Assembly (NCBI RefSeq): GCF_964204645.1
Contig: NC_134031.1
Coordinates: 11,224,088 to 11,288,087 of the forward strand
Length of the DNA: 64,000 nucleotides
Source: Tubulanus polymorphus
Lineage: Eukaryota > Animalia > Nemertea
Reading direction: 5' to 3'
The position numbers and the translations under genes were made by a program. The notes under the pieces were generated by a model. The model worked only from the letters and a program-made list of their open reading frames with translations, was not told where the DNA came from and did not search any database. How positions within the stretch are numbered: position 1 is the stretch's first letter; each line of letters begins with the position of its first letter. Shown in pieces: positions 53,760-63,552 of the stretch.

Positions 53760-53980
53760 ATGAGTGATAATAAGTGGATAATAACTGGATTATATAATGG
53801 CGCATTACTATCAGTTGGAACTGTTGGTTATTCAATGGTATTAAAAAAGTATTCAAAATGGGAAGTGTTAATGTTGATAGATTTGATATAAATGATATCT
53901 TAAAATTAACGTTAGCAGTTACTTTATCTAATTTAACTATTGATTATTTAGAAAAACAAAAATATATTCCTCCCATATAA
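53760..53980 (+). pseudogene. Small hydrophobic putative virion protein, frameshifted
   Basis: MSDNKWIITGLYNGALLSVGTVGYSMVLKK / VFKMGSVNVDRFDINDILKLTLAVTLSNLTIDYLEKQKYIPPI*. Preceded by the TAATTTTTTT..TAAATG motif. Not in the ORF track. Confidence 0.55.
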
Positions 53981-53985
53981 ATTCA

Positions 53986-54007
53986 TAATTTTTTTGCTAA
54001 ATAAATG
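53986..54007 (+). promoter_or_regulatory. Example of the conserved TAATTTTT(TT)-N-TAAATG start/promoter motif of the structural gene block
   Basis: TAATTTTTTTGCTAAATAAATG here and identically before 54447. Variants precede 53404, 53760, 54898, 56300 and 57906. Confidence 0.6.
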
Positions 54008-54427
54008 GCTTCTGCAATTATAACTATTATAGGATCAGCAATTGTTAACGCTTTGGCATTTACTGGTGGTGGTTATTTATTTAAGCATATTGATAAAAAT
54101 AGTTCATTAGGAGAACAAAGAAGACATAACTTAGCGTTAGAGAAATATAATAAAGCTGCAGAAGAATATAGAGAAAAGAGACAAAACTATATGGATTACA
54201 TCAATAAAGAATTATATGATCAGAAGATTTCACATAGAGATTTTCAATCAGTTGATGATGCAATGAGTTTATATAACGCGGTAACCAATAAAGAAAAATT
54301 ACATCTATACAAACCTAAATTATCAGATTATTATACCCCAAGTAAAGAACAACAGAAATATGAAATAATATGGATTTTAGGTGGAACTGTTATTGTTATA
54401 TTTGTTGCTTATAATTTTACTAATTAG
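54005..54427 (+). CDS. Hypothetical protein with hydrophobic N-terminus, coiled coil and C-terminal TM helix
   Basis: Intact 140-aa ORF with the structural-class upstream motif. Confidence 0.75.
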   Translation: MASAIITIIGSAIVNALAFTGGGYLFKHIDKNSSLGEQRRHNLALEKYNKAAEEYREKRQNYMDYINKELYDQKISHRDFQSVDDAMSLYNAVTNKEKLHLYKPKLSDYYTPSKEQQKYEIIWILGGTVIVIFVAYNFTN

Positions 54428-54446
54428 TAATTTTTTTGCTAAATAA

Positions 54447-54881
54447 ATGGTAGATAAAGTTGATAGTATTGATATTATTCCTCATGATATAAATAAAACT
54501 AAATTAAAAACATATTTAGAAAAACAAATATTAGAATTTGAAAGTGACTTAAAGATAAAAAAGAAAAAATATTTAAAAAGTAAAATTATATATTATCTTA
54601 TTATCAGTGGTTCAGTTACAATTAGTTCTGTAATAACATTTTTAGCAATATTCAGTCCATTAACACCTTTAGCTATATCAATTGGTGTGTTAGGATTAAG
54701 TTCAAGTGTTTTAACCGGAATAAGTTCAAAATTGAATATAAAAAGTAATAAAGAAAAAATTAAAACTAATATAAAAGAAATTAATAAATTAAAGAATACA
54801 CTAGATTATATAATAAGTTTAAATGGTCATATAACAGTTGAAGAACAAGACAAATTATTAAAAGAATTAATAAATTATTAA
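54447..54881 (+). CDS. Hypothetical two-TM membrane protein
   Basis: Intact 144-aa ORF with a central hydrophobic hairpin flanked by basic coiled coils. Confidence 0.7.
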   Translation: MVDKVDSIDIIPHDINKTKLKTYLEKQILEFESDLKIKKKKYLKSKIIYYLIISGSVTISSVITFLAIFSPLTPLAISIGVLGLSSSVLTGISSKLNIKSNKEKIKTNIKEINKLKNTLDYIISLNGHITVEEQDKLLKELINY

Positions 54882-54897
54882 TTTTTTAATTATATAA

Positions 54898-56283
54898 ATG
54901 GTAGATAGTTTTCCAAAAGCTTTCCAATATAATAAATCAATTAAATATAATATTCCAGCAATAGATTTTAATAAAGATATTACATATAGAAATAAAGTTT
55001 TAGATTCAATAACTAATTTAGAAATTTATTTTACTGAAACTAATAATTTTAATGCAAAGGAAAATATATTTCATGTACATTTAATTAATTTTTAAAAATT
55101 GAAAGATGAAAAACAATGGTTATTAAAATCTAATATGAAGTATTGGCAGAACCAATTAAATTTTGCTGTTTATTGTGCAACAACAGGATGTGGAATAAGT
55201 TGGAATGATCATTTGAATAATTCTAAATATAAATTAATTCAAAGTTTATTTAGATTTCATACATACTTTCAAATCAGAATAATATTAAATGAATTAGAGT
55301 GTGCTTTACCAGGATCAAGATATTTTAAAGAATTAGATAATAATATTAATTTATCTAAGTTTTATAAAATTTGTAATGAATTTAATATAGATATAAATAA
55401 TTCTGATTTTAGAACAAAAATTGGAACAATAAGATCACTTCCTTGCCCTAAAAAGATTGCAGAATATTGTGCACTTCCCATACCATCTAATAGTTTTTAT
55501 AATATCTATAATAATAAATTAGGTTATGGTAGAATAGAAACAAAGGATTTAGAAACATTAAATTTCAATAAATTACCGAAATTTTATGATCATTTAAAAC
55601 AAGAAAACAATAATGGTTGGGTTTATTTTATTTTAGAAAATAGTGAAGGTTTTACTAAATCAGGTATAGAAAGAATAAATCAATCAATTAGAACTTATTT
55701 GATATGTATTCTAGGTGCGCAAGTTGAAACAAGATCACCAATAATTGGAAATTTGAATACATCATTCGATACACAAAAACAATTTAAAGTTTTATTTAAT
55801 GATTCCATACATAATGATAAAAATAGATCAATTCCAGAAAACATTATAAGATATCAAAATTATTTAGATAAATCACATATTAGATTAAATTATTGTATAG
55901 GCCCTAATCTATTAATTATTTCTAATGATTTAGTATTAAAGATGGGAAATATAATTGGTTATAATAATCTAATTAAAACTGCAACAATAAATAATTCATT
56001 TGGATTAAATGATATAAATAAAAAGATTATCACTGCTCCAAAATTAATGGAAGGTGAAAAAAATAAAAAACACATTCAATCAACTGAAACTAAAACTAAA
56101 AATATTAAATTAAATAATGATTCTAAAATAAAAGATTATAATACATCAGAAAATATAAAAACTGATATTATTCAACATGATATAATTAAACTAAATGATG
56201 ATAATAAATCCCATGAAAATACTAAATTAGCTATAACTTGTATTGGAATTGTAATCGGAGGAATATTATATTTTAAATTTTAA
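54898..56283 (+). pseudogene. Hypothetical Polinton protein (WQNQLNFAVYCATTGCG motif, C-terminal TM), one internal TAA at 55093
   Basis: ORFs 54898-55095 and 55099-56283 share a frame. Confidence 0.7.
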
Positions 56284-56299
56284 TTTTTGTATTATGTAA

Positions 56300-57889
56300 A
56301 TGGCAGAAGGTGGAGAAGGTTTTCCAATGGATCCTTTTGGTGATGAACCCGGTATAAGTGATGAACCACAACCTGATTTTAATGAAACTAATATTGATAA
56401 TGATGATGAATCAGCATATAATTCTAATATAGCAGATAGTGGTTCTAAAGTCCCATCAACAGATGAATTTGATAGAAGAACTAGATCGAGAATACCTGCT
56501 GAATATGAAAATCAAGGTTTAAAAAAGGAAGATTTAGAAAATATTAAATTTATATATGAATTTCAACATGTATTTAAAGAATCTGGATATAATATAAATG
56601 ATAGAGGCGCTAGACTTTTAGTACAAGAATTAAAATCTTTAGATGGTGAATATTATTATCGTTTGAAAGATGATTATTATATTGATATCTCTTATAAAAA
56701 AGAAGAAAAAATATTAGCAAAATCAACTTTGCTTAAGTCTGACTCATTACTATCTAGAATTAAAAGAATAAGAAATGGTAATGAAATAGAAGATGTAACA
56801 CAAGAAGAAATTTATAAAAATGAAAGAGTATTTAAACAAAGAATCAATAAATTATTTGAAACAATCGATAATAATTTAGAAACAGAAATGGAAGAGAATA
56901 GAAATCGATTAGATAGATTAAGATCTTCAACACCCGAAACATCTAGAAGAGATATTCAACAAATTGATAAGGATTCAAATCAATTAAATTATGGTAAAAT
57001 AATTGATACAATGAATTCATTTGAAGAAGATATGATTAGTATTTTAGATACGCCCGTTACTGAAACTGGAATAAATCGAATACAATCTTTACTAGAAAAA
57101 GGAATACTTGATTTAACTGATGAAGAATTAGAAGCATTTCCTGAACAAGCACGTAGAGAAATTAAAGGTATGCAAGAATCGGCTGGTGAAATTGCTAATA
57201 TTAAGATGAGATTTTCTAAAATAACCATGTTAGAAAAAGAATTAACTGATGCAAATGAAGAATTAAAACAATTAGAATTAAATAGAGATCTTTAATTAAT
57301 CGAGGAAGCTGATTATGAAAGCAGAAAGTTAGCTTTAGAAAAAGAAATAGATGATTTAAAATATAACAAAGAATTACAGGAAAAAGAAAGAGATACATTA
57401 TTAAAATCATATGATCTTAATCATATTGAAAAATTAAAAGTTATTTTTAAAGATTTGTTGATAAAACCAGATTCTAGAATATCATTGAAAGATAGAATAA
57501 AGTTATTATTTAAATTAGAAGGAATAACAATTCTTTCAATTCTAACAGCTGTAACTATGTTATTTACAACAATAGGTTTAGCTATATCAAATGCTTTGAA
57601 ATCTACTCCTACTCCCACTCCCAATAAACCAGATAAACCTCCAGATAATAATTCTATACAAGATAAAGTTAAGGATGGTTTAAAGAAATTAGCAAAATAT
57701 TTATGGGAACTATCTAAAAAATCTGCTGCAGCATTGCCAGGAGTTATTGCATCAATTGTTGGTTTTATATTGAAATCTGCAGGAAACATTATTAACTTTG
57801 CTGCTGAACATATTATTTTATTTTTAATTACAGTTGTAAGTGCTATTATTTTTGGGTTAGTAAACATGATATCAAAAATAAATAATTAA
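56300..57889 (+). pseudogene. Acidic/coiled-coil protein with C-terminal hydrophobic helices, one internal TAA at 57293
   Basis: ORFs 56300-57295 and 57455-57889 share a frame and the gap is open. C-terminus EGITILSILTAVTMLF...AAALPGVIASIVGFIL. Confidence 0.7.
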
Positions 57890-57905
57890 TTTTTTTGTTA
57901 AATAA

Positions 57906-59153
57906 ATGAGTGGGAGTTATATCAATCCTTCTAAGAATCATAGAATATCTAATGCTATTAAAGCAGAAAGATCACATCGTATAATTACTCATAACCCTTC
58001 AAATATTAATCCCGATGAAACTTTATACGTTAGAATCCCTCGATTAACACAAAATACTTTTTATGTTCCAAATAGTATTTATTTATCGGCCGATATAAAA
58101 GTAATCGGTAATAATAATAATTATGTTGTTGATAATGTTGGAAGATATTTGATTTAAAAGTTAACAATAAAAATTGGTCCAGAAACAGTTTTCTCATTAG
58201 ATGATTATAATTTATTTATGCATTATAAAGATTTATGGTTAACTAAAGAAAATAGAAATAATATGATATTTCAAGGCATCCAATCAGAAAACCAAAATAA
58301 ATTAAGATCAGAAGCTAATAGCGCAATATTAACTAATGCTGTAGATAAATTGATAAAAAGTATATATGGAAGCAAATATAAAATTCCATTAGATTTTGAA
58401 TTGATAAATAATAATGCACCTTTATATAAATACGCAATTCAAGAAGACGTTATATTCGAAATAACATTTGCTCCTGTAAATGAAATTGTATTATCTAGCG
58501 TTGTTAAAGATATGAGTTATAAATTATCGAATATATGTTTAGAATATGATACAGTAACTGATGAAAATATTTCAAGTATAATTCAAACTAAATACAATCA
58601 AGGATTTTCATTATTATATGATTATATTGATAAATTTAAAACCGTAACTATTAATGCAAATGATGAAATAATTAATGAGAATATTAACTTCCCAAGAAGA
58701 TCTATTAAAGGCATATTAATATTTTTTACCATTGCAACATATACTAATGGCGCAATAAATGTTGATAATTATTATAATCCTGAAATAACAAAAGTAGAAA
58801 TAACTATCGAAGGAATAGCAAATAAAATATTTTGTCAAGGAATGAGAATGATTGATCAATGGCCAGAAATTAGAAAACATTTTATGAATGAAAAAGTAAA
58901 ATCATCTGACAATTGTAACATTAATCAAATTGATTATTATACCGGCAATAAATATGCATTATGGTTAGATTTTAGAACAACAGAGGATAATTCATTACAT
59001 GGTTCTGGAAAAAAACTACAAAACACTAAAGATGGAATACAATTATTCATGACAAAGAATAAAGGAATCAAAAATTTTAAAATGCACATTTATATTATAT
59101 CTGACGCGCAATTAAATATTATAAATTCACAATTAGATAGTGTTATGTATTAA
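57906..59153 (+). pseudogene. Major capsid protein (double jelly-roll), one internal TAA at 58155
   Basis: ~415-codon beta-rich protein (ITHNPSNINPDETLYVRIP..KIPLDF..YKLSNICLEYD..LWLDFRTTEDNSLHGSG..YIISDAQ) of MCP size and position. The two ORFs share a frame. Confidence 0.8.
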
Positions 59154-59185
59154 AATTTTAACTTTAATAAAAATTTATTATATAA

Positions 59186-60016
59186 ATGGAAGGAGGTAAA
59201 GTATATAAACATATTCCATACATCGATACACATGAAAATAATGATGGTTTATATTATGTAATACCTTGTAATATAGTTTTGATATTTGATCCTATTTTCA
59301 AAATTTATAAAACTAAACTAATAGAAATCGATAATAATAAAAGTGAAGTTGTTGATAATTTAAGTAATGTAATTGATAATAATGTAATACCTACAACATC
59401 TAATAATGTAATACCTACTACATCTAATAATGTAATACCTACTACATCTAATAATGTAATACCTACTACATCTAATAATGTAATACCTACTACATATAAT
59501 AATGTAATACCTACTACATATAATAATGCAATAATATTAAATGTTAGTAAAAATAGAAATTATTGTGATTATTGTAAAGGTGAATTTTCAAACGCTCCAT
59601 CAAATTGGAATAAACATATGAATACAAATTCACATATTACTAATGTTATAGAACGTGTTGGCAAAAAAGAATTGATAGAACACCCATTTAGATATGTTAC
59701 AAAATTTGTTTCAAATCAAAAAGTAAATGGTAAAGAATTATATAAAGATTTATTATTAGCAACACCTAATAAAGATGAATTAGATTTAACCGATGCTAAT
59801 GAAATATTAGAATCAAACACTGTAAATGAAATATTAGGAGCAAACACTAATAAAGATTCTATGAAACATAAAGTAGAAAATAATGATAACTTTGATTGGA
59901 TGAATAAGCATAACAATGAAACAACTATTGATGATGCGGTAAAAAAGGCGAAGAATAAGTACAAAAATAATGAAGAATTAGAAGAAGATTCGGTAGAGAA
60001 ATTGAGAAATTGTTAG
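59186..60016 (+). CDS. Hypothetical protein with (NNVIPTTS/Y)x6 repeat and a C2H2-like zinc finger
   Basis: Intact 276 aa; YCDYCKGEF..WNKHMNTNSH. Confidence 0.7.
   Translation: MEGGKVYKHIPYIDTHENNDGLYYVIPCNIVLIFDPIFKIYKTKLIEIDNNKSEVVDNLSNVIDNNVIPTTSNNVIPTTSNNVIPTTSNNVIPTTSNNVIPTTYNNVIPTTYNNAIILNVSKNRNYCDYCKGEFSNAPSNWNKHMNTNSHITNVIERVGKKELIEHPFRYVTKFVSNQKVNGKELYKDLLLATPNKDELDLTDANEILESNTVNEILGANTNKDSMKHKVENNDNFDWMNKHNNETTIDDAVKKAKNKYKNNEELEEDSVEKLRNC
59378..59521 (+). repeat. 24-bp coding tandem repeat x6
   Basis: AATAATGTAATACCTACWACATMT units. Confidence 0.9.
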
Positions 60017-60130
60017 GGGGGTCTGATAGTGAAAGTGATTAAGATATTAATTATATTCAACACAAATAATAATATTGGTTGAAAATTGTATAAAATAATA
60101 GTAAATAAAAAGGGGGTTTTAAGTATTTAA

Positions 60131-60209
60131 GGTATCTAATAGGGTATCAGGTATTAGGGTATCAGGTATTAGGGTATCTAATGGGGTATCAGGTATTAGG
60201 GTATCTAAT
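60131..60209. repeat. GGGTATC(AGGTATTA/TAAT) short tandem repeat between the convergent transcription units
   Basis: Repeated GGTATC/GGTATT motifs between the stops of 59186-60016(+) and 60228-60839(-). Confidence 0.75.
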
Positions 60210-60227
60210 ACATAGTCATATAAATAG

Positions 60228-60839
60228 TTATTTTATAAATTTATATTCATAGGGAAATTGTAGTCTCAGCAATAATTTTGAACCTTTATTATTCTTTAAT
60301 TTATTCATATATTCATCATGTAATTCAGTAGGTATAATTTGATTTTCTTCCAATGATTGTTGCATAGATTTTTTATCTTTGTTATAAAATAAAACTAGAA
60401 ATCTAATGTTTTCTCTAAAGTCTTTAACAATTGAATTATATTTTTGATTTAAAACCCAAGTTGTTATCCCAAAATGTCTCCCGGAGAAAGCTAGATAACA
60501 TAACTCACTTTCTCTAACTTTTGAATTATGTAAATTTGCGCAATCATCTATAATGAATAATGTATTTGATCCTTTATAAGTATCAATTGCTATTTTAATA
60601 CAATTATCTAAATTTTCTTTTACTGTTTTAGGATTTGATATAATAAACTTTTTCATCTTAACTATATCTCTATTATATGTTTTATTCATTTCATATCTAG
60701 GACAAAATAATATTATATTATCAAAATGATTCTTATAAATAGTTTCTAACAAATCTAATATGAAATGTGTTTTACCACAATTGGTTACTCCAGTTATTAA
60801 CATATTATGCGGTTCAAATATAAATAAATCTTTATTCAT
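60228..60839 (-). CDS. A32-like (FtsK/HerA superfamily) genome packaging ATPase
   Basis: Walker A GVTNCGKT, Walker B LFIIDD, SGRH motif and following VLNQ. Intact ORF. Confidence 0.92.
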   Translation of the reverse strand: MNKDLFIFEPHNMLITGVTNCGKTHFILDLLETIYKNHFDNIILFCPRYEMNKTYNRDIVKMKKFIISNPKTVKENLDNCIKIAIDTYKGSNTLFIIDDCANLHNSKVRESELCYLAFSGRHFGITTWVLNQKYNSIVKDFRENIRFLVLFYNKDKKSMQQSLEENQIIPTELHDEYMNKLKNNKGSKLLLRLQFPYEYKFIK

Positions 60840-61940
60840 TTATTCTTTTAATTTTACTAGATAAAATCCATTCATTAAATTTAACATCGTATCCTTTATA
60901 TTTCACCAAAGAATACTTTTTATCCTTTAAGAGTTTTTGTTTTCAATACTTTTTCTATTTTGTATTCTATTTCATCTGGATTTGGTACAAGTGATAATTC
61001 TTGTTCATAGAAATAACCTAATATTTCTTCATCTTTTAAATCTTCTAATTTATAAACAAAAGGTTTAGTTAATATTATCTTTTTAATCTTGAATATTTCT
61101 TCAGTAAAATTAGGGGTATAACCTTTATAAAATGTTTTTCTATATTTAGATATTCTTACGTGTTGTCCTATTTTAAATTTAGGTTCTCCGAAATCATGTG
61201 TAACAAACGCTCCATATAAATTATTCCAAACTATTTCTGAATTATCTTCTTTTCTAGCTTGTATAGGTTTCATATTTATAGAACTATGTTTAGAATTATT
61301 ATAACCTTTCACTAAATCATCTAACACATCGATATATTTATATGTTTCATTAGCAGTAAAATATTTCCACATTCTAGTTTTCAATGTTTTATTAAATCTT
61401 TCTATAATAGATGCTTTTTTATCTGAATGTGTTGAAAGATAATCTACATCGTTATCAGATTATAGTTTTTTTAAATGTTTGTTATAGAATTCCTTACCTT
61501 CATCAAATTGTATCTTATCTGGAATAGCTTCTTTAAATATAGATTTAAAAGCATTTGTCACTTCTATTCCAGTTTTATTTTTGATTGGAATTGACCATGC
61601 GTATCGACTGAATATGTCTATAACATTCAGTATCCAGAAATATCCTTTGTTGTATTCCTCTAAGTTCTTCATGTCAATTAAATCTGCTTGCCATTGTTGA
61701 TCAATATATGAAACCATCAATATATGAAACCATAACTTTTCTTGTTAAATAAGTTTTATCCATTTTCTTGTGGATTTGATATGTTGGTTGATTTTGTAAC
61801 CATGATTTCAATTCACTATATTTTATACCACCATTTTCTTTATCAGATTTAATTTTATTCCATAATTCTGAAACGTTAGAATATGATACTTCACTCTCTG
61901 GGTTATAATATTAATCTCTTAAATATTGTTCTTTTTTCAT
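60832..61940 (-). pseudogene. int: Retroviral-like (RVE, DDE) integrase with C-terminal chromodomain, disrupted
   Basis: MKKEQYLRD*YYNP..WQADLIDM..IQFDEGKEF..IIERFNKTLK..EYKIEKVL../KYSLVKYKGYDVKFNEWI. Stops at 61911 and 61460, a 16-bp tandem duplication at 61702-61733 and a frameshift at ~60920. Confidence 0.93.
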
Positions 61941-61946
61941 CTTATT

Positions 61947-62303
61947 TTAATCCATTAATAATAATTTACATTTAGTTTCAATGACTTTATGATTTGACTT
62001 TTTTTCTGGTATGATAGGTTTATCATCGGAATCATCTTTATCATCAGATTTGAATTTTGATTTATATATTACACTGGATAATATAATAACTGTTACTAAT
62101 CCAATTGTAATATATAATTTATAATTACTTCCTGCATTAGAAGAATTAGATGGATTATCATTCGAATCAATATCAGGTGATTCATTTATATCAGTTAATT
62201 TCTTTTTCTTAGCTTTTTTTAATTCTGAAGATCTTTTACCTAATTCTCTTGCCCATTTAATTTGTTTCTCGGATCTAGCCTTTTTCTTAACGCTATCACT
62301 CAT
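61947..62303 (-). CDS. Hypothetical basic protein with one TM helix
   Basis: Intact 118 aa with TAAATG start; KKARSEKQIKWARELG and LYITIGLVTVIILSSVIY. Confidence 0.65.
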   Translation of the reverse strand: MSDSVKKKARSEKQIKWARELGKRSSELKKAKKKKLTDINESPDIDSNDNPSNSSNAGSNYKLYITIGLVTVIILSSVIYKSKFKSDDKDDSDDKPIIPEKKSNHKVIETKCKLLLMD

Positions 62304-62739
62304 TTATTTTACTTAATTTTTGTTCTGATTCATTTTCTGTTTCGACGTTTGGTTGTAGTACATCTGTTTCGTTCTTACCTGATTTATATTCCATAGGCTT
62401 GATATTCGAAAATGTTATGACGCCAGTAGAAATTAATGTCATAACCGATCCTAATTGAAATGAAGCATATCCAACCCATTTTTGTAATTCAGTCATAACT
62501 AAGTAGTCATTTTTCAAATCACTATATAATTTATTTTCATCATCCATTGGTATTAACTGGTTACATAACTTAGAATAACATTTGATAATACCATTCGAAA
62601 TAGAATCATTTATTTTAGCTAATCTTGCCTCTTCATAAATCTTAAAATATTTTATTACTTTATCTGGTTTCATAACATCTAATTCTTGAAAAGTAATAGT
62701 CTTAGTTAAAAACTCTTTAGTTTTTCCACCGGCAATCAA
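62296..62739 (-). CDS. Hypothetical Polinton protein, 5' end degraded
   Basis: 147-aa open frame overlapping the next ATG. The frame extends upstream without an ATG. Confidence 0.55.
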   Translation of the reverse strand: MIAGGKTKEFLTKTITFQELDVMKPDKVIKYFKIYEEARLAKINDSISNGIIKCYSKLCNQLIPMDDENKLYSDLKNDYLVMTELQKWVGYASFQLGSVMTLISTGVITFSNIKPMEYKSGKNETDVLQPNVETENESEQKLSKINE

Positions 62740-63030
62740 TAGTTCTAGATGATGCTTACAATATAAATAGTATTCATAATCAATATTACAATTAACTTAT
62801 GCGTATGATTATGCCACGTCATCTGGTTCCGGCGCGCCTTTCTAGAATATTCTACACGTTTCTGATTATGATGTGTCATCTCTATTCAGAGTTCCAGCAC
62901 ACCTTTCTAGAATTTTCTCTACACGTTTGTAATATTATGTGTCATAATGTCTCGGCGTCATAGTAACAGCTGTAACAGCTGTGAATTTATAGATTTATTC
63001 CATAGCTCTGTACATTGAATGTATATAGGT

Positions 63031-63282
63031 TCAAATAGAATCATGTTCTAGTATAAACATCAGATCCTTGATATCAAATTCCTCAACGTATTGTTCATTA
63101 TTTGGATCATTATTCCATAATTCAATAAATTTTTTTCCCTTTGTTAACTGTTCTGAATATAACTGTAAATATTCTAGTTTCAATTTATTCTCTAAATGTG
63201 TTTTAGTTTTATTGTGTCTTGCTTTTTGGGATTTATCTACATTGATATTACATGTTGGACAGTAGTACTTATTTGCTTCCAT
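63031..63282 (-). CDS. Chimeric ORF: TIR-encoded zinc finger (PolB residues 1-38) fused to an HNH C-terminal remnant
   Basis: First 38 aa are identical to ORF 47377. The rest, LQLYSEQLTKGKKFIELWNNDPNNEQYVEE, matches FQLYLDQLDKAKKFIEFWNNEPNNEQYVEE at ~52041-52130. Confidence 0.7.
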   Translation of the reverse strand: MEANKYYCPTCNINVDKSQKARHNKTKTHLENKLKLEYLQLYSEQLTKGKKFIELWNNDPNNEQYVEEFDIKDLMFILEHDSI

Positions 63283-63552
63283 TTTAATACTAAATTTTTT
63301 ATTAAAATTGATTTTAGAAGTTCAATGATTTAAATGTTATTCATTTATATGAATATTTTAAGAGTAATAGGGGTAATGGGCTTTCAGGTTAAAGGTTGAA
63401 GGGGTGAGTGAGTAAAAAAATGAAAATAACAATAATTTACAGTTGAATTAGGAGTGTGCGCGACTAATTCAACTGTAAATTATTGTTATTTTCATTTTTT
63501 TACGAGCTCGACCCTTCGACCTTTGATCTGAAAGCCCATTACCCCTATTACT
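63169..63552 (-). repeat. Right terminal inverted repeat (384 bp), hairpin at 63363-63552
   Basis: Reverse complement of 47107-47490. Confidence 0.95.

Larger units (their letters stand above)
47107..63552. mobile_element. Polinton/Maverick (endogenous polintovirus/adintovirus-like), full length 16,446 bp, decaying
   Basis: 5'-AG...CT-3' termini, perfect 6-bp TSD ACCGTT (47101-47106, 63553-63558), 384-bp TIRs. Encodes pPolB, RVE integrase, packaging ATPase, and major and minor capsid genes. Sharply AT-rich and gene-dense. Confidence 0.97.

Noticed and set aside
56989-57867. Minus-strand ORFs inside the Polinton (also 50753, 51570, 59716, and plus-strand 63068)
   Set aside because: They are antisense shadows of better-supported genes and lack the TAAATG start motif.
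47377-61940. Alternative genetic code or programmed readthrough to explain the in-frame stops
   Set aside because: Both TAA and TGA occur internally, TAA is also the normal terminator, frameshifts co-occur, and the duplicated polB tail shows TGT where the other copy has TGA.
62815-62948. ~70-bp imperfect direct repeat upstream of the minus-strand gene block
   Set aside because: The duplication is real, but I cannot tell a promoter from a decayed 5' coding region, so no function is assigned.
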